Shown piece by piece: positions 56,468 to 64,000 of a stretch of 64,000 bases of DNA. Every line of letters begins with the position of its first letter. The stretch's first letter is position 1. This stretch comes from Euprymna scolopes. Its lineage: Eukaryota. The stretch lies in the NCBI GenBank assembly GCA_053919585.1, contig CM132827.1. One strand, 5' to 3'. The notes below the pieces were generated by a model, which saw nothing but the letters and a program-made list of their open reading frames with translations, was not told the DNA's origin and made no database searches. The translations under genes and the position numbers were made by a program.

Positions 56468-59400
56468 ATTGAACTAAGGCATGGTTCTTAAACAAGATTT
56501 CAACTCGGCGCCGAATAAGACGGACGCATGTAATCTCGCTCCGTGTCTATTGAACTAAGGCATGGTTCTTAAACAAGATTTCAACTCAGCGCCGAATAAG
56601 ACGGACGCATGTAATCTCGCTCCGTGTCTATTGAACTAAGGCATGGTTCTAAAACAAGATTTCAATTCAGCGCCGAAGAAGACAGACGCATGTAATCTCG
56701 CTCCGTGTCTATTGAACTAAGGCATGGTTCTAAAACAAGATTTCAACTCAGCGCCGAATAAGACGGACGCATGTAATCTCGCTCCGTGTCTATTGAACTA
56801 AGGCATGGTTCTTAAACAAGATTTCAACTCAGCGCCGAATAAGACGGACGCATGTAATCTCGCTCCGTGTCTATTGAACTAAGGCATGGTTCTAAAACAA
56901 GATTTCAACTCAGCGCCGAAGAAGACAGACGCATGTAATCTCGCTCCGTGTCAATTGAACTAAGGCATGGTTCTAAAACAAGATTTCAACTCAGCGCCGA
57001 ATAAGACGGACGCATGTAATCTCGCTCCGTGTCTATTGAACTAAGGCATGGTTCTTAAACAAGATTTCAACTCAGCGCCGAAGAAGACGGACGCATGTAA
57101 TCTCGCTCCGTGTCTATTGAACTAAGGCTGGTTCTTAAACAAGATTTCAACTCAGCGCCGAATAAGACGGACGCATGTAATCTCGCTCCGTGTCTATTGA
57201 ACTAAGGCATGGTTCTTAAACAAGATTTCAACTCAGCGCCGAATAAGACGGACGCATGTAATCTCGCTCCGTGTCTATTGAACTAAGGCATGGTTCTTAA
57301 ACAAGATTTCAACTCAGCGCTGAAGAAGACGGACGCATGTAATCTCGCTCCGTGCCTATTGAACTAAGGCATGGTTCTTAAACAAGATTTCAACTCGGCG
57401 CCGAAGAAGACGGACGCATGTAATCTCGCTCCGTGTCTATTGAACTAAGGCATGGTTCTTAAACAAGATTTCAACTCAGCGCCGAATAAGACGTACGCAT
57501 GTAATCTCGCTCCGTGTCTATTGAACTAAGGCATGGTTCTTAAACAAGATTTCAACTCAGCGCCGAATAAGACGGACGCATGTAATCTCGCTCCGTGTCT
57601 ATTGAACTAAGGCATGGTTCTTAAACAAGATTTCAACTCGGCGCCGAAGAAGACGGACGCATGTAATCTCGCTCCGTGTCTATTGAACTAAGGCATGGTT
57701 CTTAAACAAGATTTCAACTCGGCGCTGAAGAAGACGGACGCATGTAATCTCGCTCCGTGTCTATTGAACTAAGGCATGGTTCTTAAACAAGATTTCAACT
57801 CGGCGCCGAAGAAGACAGACGCATGTAATCTCGCTCCGTGCCTATTGAACTAAGGCATGGTTCTTAAACAAGATTTCAACTCGGCGCCGAAGAAGACGGA
57901 CGCATGTAATCTCGCTCCGTGCCTATTGAACTAAGGCATGGTTCTTAAACAAGATTTCAACTCGGCGCCGAAGAAGACGGACGCATGTAATCTCGCTCCG
58001 TGCCTATTGAACTAAGGCATGGTTCTTAAACAAGATTTCAACTCGGCGCCGAAGAAGACGGACGCATGTAATCTCGCTCCGTGCCTATTGAACTAAGGCA
58101 TGGTTCTAAAACAAGATTTCAACTCGGCGCCGAAGAAGACGGACGCATGTAATCTCGCTCCGTGCCTATTGAACTAAGGCATGGTTCTTAAACAAGATTT
58201 CAACTCGGCGCCGAAGAAGACGGGCGCATGTAATCTCGCTCCGTGCCTATTGAACTAAGGCATGGTTCTTAAACAAGATTTCAACTCGGCGCCGAAGAAG
58301 ACGGACGCATGTAATCTCGCTCCGTGCCTATTGAACTAAGGCATGGTTCTTAAACAAGATTTCAACTCGGCGCCGAAGAAGACGGACGCATGTAATCTCG
58401 CTCCATGCCTATTGAACTAAGGCATGGTTCTAAAACAAGATTTCAACTCGGCGCCGAAGAAGACGGACGCATGTAATCTCGCTCCGTGTCTATTGAACTA
58501 AGGCATGGTTCTTAAACAAGATTTCAACTCGGCGCCGAAGAAGACGGACGCATGTAATCTCGCTCCGTGTCTATTTAACTAAGGCATGGTTCTAAAACAA
58601 GATTTCAACTCAGCGCCGAATAAGACGGACGCATGTAATCTCGCTCCGTGTCTATTGAACTAAGGCATGGTTCTAAAACAAGATTTCAACTCAGCGCCGA
58701 ATAAGACGGACGCATGTAATCTCGCTCCGTGTCTATTGAACTAAGGCATGGTTCTTAAACAAGATTTCAACTCAGCGCCGAATAAGACGGACGCATGTAA
58801 TCTCGCTCCGTGTCTATTGAACTAAGGCATGGTTCTAAAACAAGATTTCAACTCAGCGCCGAATAAGACGGACGCATGTAATCTCGCTCCGTGTCTATTG
58901 AACTAAGGCATGGTTCTTAAACAAGATTTCAATTCAGCGCCGAATAAGACGGACGCATGTAATCTCGCTCCGTGTCTATTGAACTAAGGCATGGTTCTTA
59001 AACAAGATTTCAACTCAGCGCCGAAGAAGACAGACGCATGTAATCTCGCTCCGTGTCTATTGAACTAAGGCATGGTTCTAAAACAAGATTTCAACTCAGC
59101 GCCGAATAAGACGGACGCATGTAATCTCGGTCCGTGTCTATTGAACTAAGGCATGGTTCTTAAACAAGATTTCAACTCAGCGCCGAATAAGACGGACGCA
59201 TGTAATCTCGCTCCGTGTCTATTGAACTAAGGCATGGTTCTTAAACAAGATTTCAATTCAGCGCCGAATAAGACGGACGCATGTAATCTCGCTCCGTGTC
59301 TATTGAACTAAGGCATGGTTCTTAAACAAGATTTCAACTCAGCGCCGAAGAGGACAGACGCATGTAATCTCGCTCCGTGTCTATTGAACTAAGGCATGGT

Positions 59401-59868
59401 TCTAAAACAAGATTTCAACTCAGCGCCGAATAAGACGGACGCACGTAATCTCGCTCCGTGTCTATTGAACTAAGGCATGGTTCTAAAACAAGATTTCAAC
59501 TCGGCGCCGAAGAAGACGGACGCACGTAATCTCGCTCCGTGTCTATTGAACTAAGGCATGGTTCTAAAACAAGATTTCAACTCGGCGCCGAAGAAGACGG
59601 ACGCATGTAATCTCGCTCCGTGTCTATTGAACTAAGGCATGGTTCTAAAACAAGATTTCAACTCGGCGCCGAAGAAGACAGACGCACGTAATCTCGCTCC
59701 GTGCCTATTGAACTAAGGCATGGTTCTAAAACAAGATTTCAACCTGGCGCCGAAGAAGACGGACGCATGTAATCTCGCTCCGTGTCTATTGAACTAAGGC
59801 ATGGTTCTAAAACAAGATTTCAACTCGGCGCCGAAGAAGACAGACGCACGTAATCTCACTCCGTGCCT

Positions 59869-59948
59869 ATTGAACTAAGGCATGGTTCTAAAACAAGATT
59901 CAACTTGACGTCGTGCCAAGCAGACGCGCGTAATCTCGCTCTGTGCCT
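59869..59948. repeat. Diverged 80-bp monomer, copy 4
   Basis: Same sequence, 3481 bp after copy 3. Confidence 0.95.
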
Positions 59949-61568
59949 ATTGAACTAAGGCATGGTTCTAAAACAAGATTTCAACTCGGCGCCGAAGAAG
60001 ACAGACGCACGTAATCTCGCTCCGTGCCTATTGAACTAAGGCATGGTTCTAAAACAAGATTTCAACTCGGCGCCGAAGAAGACAGACGCATGTAATCTCG
60101 CTCCGTGTCTATTGAACTAAGGCATGGTTCTAAAACAAGATTTCAACTCGGCGCCGAAGAAGACGGACGCATGTAATCTCGCTCCGTGTCTATTGAACTA
60201 AGGCATGGTTCTAAAACAAGATTTCAACTCGGCGCCGAAGAAGACAGACGCATGTAATCTCGCTCCGTGTCTATTGACCTAAGGCATGGTTCTAAAACAA
60301 GATTTCAACTCGGCGCCGACGAAGACAGACGCATGTAATCTCGCTCCGTGTCTATTGAACTAAGGCATGGTTCTAAAACAAGATTTCAACTCGGCGCCGA
60401 AGAAGACAGATGCACGTAATCTCGCTCCGTGCCTATTGAACTAAGGCATGGTTCTAAAACAAGATTTCAACTCGGCGCCGAAGAAGACAGACGCATGTAA
60501 TCTCGCTCCGTGTCTATTGAACTAAGGCATGCTTCTAAAACAAGATTTCACCTCGGCGCCGAAGAAGACAGACGCATGTAATCTCGCTCCGTGTCTATTG
60601 AACTAAGGCATTGTTCTAAAACAAGATTTCAACTCGGCGCCGACGAAGACAGACGCATGTAATCTCGCTCCGTGCCTATTGAACTAAGGCATGGTTCTAA
60701 AACAAGATTTCAACTCGGCGCCGAAGAAGACAGACGCATGTAATCTCGCTCCGTGCCTATTGAACTAAGGCATGGTTCTAAAACAAGATTTCAACTCGGC
60801 GCCGAAGAAGACGGACGCATGTAATCTCGCTCCGTGCCTATTGAACTAAGGCATGGTTCTAAAACAAGATTTCAACTCGGCGCCGAAGAAGACAGACGCA
60901 TGTAATCTCGCTCCGTGCCTATTGAACTAAGGCATGGTTCTAAAACAAGATTTCAACTCGGCGCCGACGAAGACAGACGCATGTAATCTTGCTTTGTGTC
61001 TATTGAACTAAGGCATGGTTCTAAAACAAGATTTCAACTCGGCGCCGAAGAAGACAGATGCACGTAATCTCGCTCCGTGCCTATTGAACTAAGGCATGGT
61101 TCTAAAACAAGATTTCAACTCGGCGCCGAAGAAGACAGACGCATGTAATCTCGCTCCGTGTCTATTGAACTAAGGCATGGTTCTAAAACAAGATTTCAAC
61201 TCGGCGCCGACGAAGACAGACGCATGTAATCTCGCTCCGTGTCTATTGAACTAAGGCATGGTTCTAAAACAAGATTTCACCTCGGCGCCGAAGAAGACAG
61301 ACGCATGTAATCTCGCTCCGTGTCTATTGAACTAAGGCATGGTTCTAAAACAAGATTTCAACTCGGCGCCGAAGAAGACGGACGTTTGTAATCTCGCTCC
61401 GTGTCTATTGAACTAAGGCATGGTTCTAAAACAAGATTTCAACTTGGCGCCGAAGAAGACGGACGCATGTAATCTCGCTCCGTGTCTATTGAACTAAGGC
61501 ATGGTTCTAAAACAAGATTTCAACTAGGCGCCGAAGAAGACAGACGCACGTAATCTCACTCCGTCCCT

Positions 61569-61648
61569 ATTGAACTAAGGCATGGTTCTAAAACAAGATT
61601 CAACTTGACGTCGTGCCAAGCAGACGCGCGTAATCTCGCTCTGTGCCT
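61569..61648. repeat. Diverged 80-bp monomer, copy 5
   Basis: Same sequence, 1700 bp after copy 4. Confidence 0.95.
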
Positions 61649-63187
61649 ATTGAACTAAGGCATGGTTCTAAAACAAGATTTCAACTCGGCGCCGAAGAAG
61701 ACAGACGCACGTAATCTCGCTCTGTGCCTATTGAACTAAGGCATGGTTCTTAAACAAGATTTCAACTCAGCGCCGAAGAAGACAGACGCACGTAATCTCG
61801 CTCCGTGTCTATTGAACTAAGGCATGGTTCTAAAACAAGATTTCAACTCGGCGCCGAAGAAGACAGACGCATGTAATCTCGCTCCGTGTCTATTGAACTA
61901 AGGCATGGTTCTTAAACAAGATTTCAACTCAGCGCCGAAGAAGACAGACGCACGTAATCTCGCTCCGTGTCTATTGAACTAAGGCATTGTTCTTAAACAA
62001 GATTTCAACTCGGCGCCGAAGAAGACAGACGCATGTAATCTCGCTCCGTGTCTATTGAACTAAGGCATGGTTCTAAAACAAGATTTCAACTCAGCGCCAA
62101 AGAAGACAGACGCACGTAATCTCGCTCCGTGTCTATTGAACTAAGGCATGGTTCTTAAACAAGATTTCAACTCAGCGCCGAAGAAGACAGACGCATGTAA
62201 TCTCGCTCCGTGTCTATTGAACTAAGGCATGGTTCTAAAACAAGATTTCAACTCGGCGCCGAAGAAGACAGACGCATGTAATCTCGCTCCGTGTCTATTG
62301 AACAAAGGCATGGTTCTAAAACAAGATTTCAACTCGGCGCCGAAGAAGACGGACGCATGTAATCTCGCTCCGTGTCTATTGAACTAAGGCATGGTTCTAA
62401 AACAAGATTTCAACTCGGCGCCGAAGAAGACGGACGCATGTAATCTCGCTCCGTGCCTATTGAACTAAGGCATGGTTCTAAAACAAGATTTCAACTCGGC
62501 GCCGAAGAAGACAGACGCATGTAATCTCGCTCCGTGCCTATTGAACTAAGGCATGGTTCTAAAACAAGATTTCAACTCGGCGCCGACGAAGACAGACGCA
62601 TGTAATCTCGCTCCGTGTCTATTGAACTAAGGCATGGTTCTAAAACAAGATTTCAACTCGGCGCCGAAGAAGACAGATGCACGTAATCTCGCTCCGTGCC
62701 TATTGAACTAAGGCATGGTTCTAAAACAAGATTTCAACTCGGCGCCGAAGAAGACAGACGCATGTAATCTCGCTCCGTGTCTATTGAACTAAGGCATGGT
62801 TCTAAAACAAGATTTCAACTCGGCGCCGAAGAAGACGGACGCATGTAATCTCGCTCCGTGTCTATTGAACTAAGGCATGGTTCTAAAACAAGATTTCACC
62901 TCGGCGCCGAAGAAGACAGACGCATGTAATCTCGCTCCGTGTCTATTGAACTAAGGCATGGTTCTAAAACAAGATTTCAACTCGGCGCCGAAGAAGACGG
63001 ACGCATGTAATCTCGCTCCGTGTCTATTGAACTAAGGCATGGTTCTAAAACAAGATTTCAACTCGGCGCCGAAGAAGACGGACGCATGTAATCTCGCTCC
63101 GTGTCTATTGAACTAAGGCATGGTTCTAAAACAAGATTTCAACTCGGCGCCGAAGAAGACAGACGCACGTAATCTCACTCCGTCCCT

Positions 63188-63267
63188 ATTGAACTAAGGC
63201 ATGGTTCTAAAACAAGATTCAACTTTACGTCGTGCCAAGCAGACGCGCGTAATCTCGCTCTGTGCCT
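63188..63267. repeat. Diverged 80-bp monomer, copy 6
   Basis: 1619 bp after copy 5; one extra change (AACTTTACGTC). Confidence 0.95.
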
Positions 63268-64000
63268 ATTGAACTAAGGCATGGTTCTAAAACAAGATTT
63301 CAACTCGGCGCCGAAGAAGACAGACGCACGTAATCTCGCTCTGTGCCTATTGAACTAAGGCATGGTTCTTAAACAAGATTTCAACTCAGCGCCGAAGAAG
63401 ACAGACGCACGTAATCTCGCTCCGTGTCTATTGAACTAAGGCATGGTTCTAAAACAAGATTTCAACTCGGCGCCGAAGAAGACAGACGCATGTAATCTCG
63501 CTCCGTGTCTATTGAACTAAGGCATGGTTCTTAAACAAGATTTCAACTCAGCGCCGAAGAAGACAGACGCACGTAATCTCGCTCCATGTCTATTGAACTA
63601 AGGCATTGTTCTTAAACAAGATTTCAACTCGGCGCCGAAGAAGACAGACGCATGTAATCTCGCTCCGTGTCTATTGAACTAAGGCATGGTTCTTAAACAA
63701 GATTTCAACTCGGCGCCAAAGAAGACAGACGCACGTAATCTCGCTCCGTGTCTATTGAACTAAGGCATGGTTCTAAAACAAGATTTCAACTCGGCGCCGA
63801 AGAAGACAGACGCACGTAATCTCGCTCCGTGCCTATTGAACTAAGGCATGGTTCTTAAACAAGATTTCAACTCAGCGCCGAAGAAGACAGACGCATGTAA
63901 TCTCGCTCCGTGTCTATTGAACTAAGGCATGGTTCTAAAACAAGATTTCAACTCGGCGCCGAAGAAGACGGACGCATGTAATCTCGCTCCGTGCCTATTG

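Larger units (their letters stand above)
48697..63267. repeat. Large tandem segmental duplication (~7.8 kb unit 48697-56467; ~6.8 kb unit 56468-63267)
   Basis: Offset 7771: C37T 48895/56666, T81A 49182/56953, delA14 49357/57128, G56T 49723/57494. Offset 6881 further on: ACCTGG 52863/59744 and diverged monomers 52988/59869 and 54688/61569. Confidence 0.88.
1..64000. repeat. 81-bp tandem satellite DNA array (~790 monomers, single orientation, runs off both window edges)
   Basis: ATTGAACTAAGG starts at 1, 82, 163 and so on, and the register recurs every 810 bp (811, 1621, 2431). Most monomers differ from consensus at only a few sites. No unique sequence or inversion was seen. Confidence 0.99.

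Noticed and set aside
1-64000. CRISPR array (ATTTCAAC...ATTGAAC-like ends, internal palindrome)
   Set aside because: The entire 81 bp repeats, with no unique spacers, leader or cas genes.
1-64000. Giant repetitive protein gene under the standard code
   Set aside because: All six frames have at least one stop per consensus monomer (+: TGA 3, TAA 8, 21, 64; -: stops opposite CTA 7, 20, 80 and TCA 33), and 1-bp deletions recur.

Overview
The whole 64 kb window is one head-to-tail tandem array of about 790 copies of an 81-bp monomer, all in one orientation. The consensus is ATTGAACTAAGGCATGGTTCT[A/T]AAACAAGATTTCAACTC[G/A]GCGCCGAA[G/T]AAGAC[G/A]GACGCATGTAATCTCGCTCC[G/T]TG[C/T]CT, about 48% GC. 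The only interruption is a 100-N scaffold gap at 11787-11886. It reads as eukaryotic satellite DNA; I cannot assign a species or named family. No conventional gene, RNA gene, transposon or CRISPR array is supported, and the single ORF-track entry is an artefact of the gap. Rare variant bases reveal internal structure: (1) regional variant domains; (2) nested block duplications with offsets of 8, 9, 14, 16, 21, 24/25, 41, 43 and about 96 monomers; (3) a likely false duplication across the gap; (4) six copies of a strongly diverged 80-bp monomer that keeps a central palindrome by a symmetric double change and marks a ~21-mer higher-order repeat. All six common polymorphisms fall on third codon positions of a 25-codon ATG-to-TAA mini-ORF present in each monomer, and five of the six are synonymous. 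All coordinates and offsets were counted by eye.
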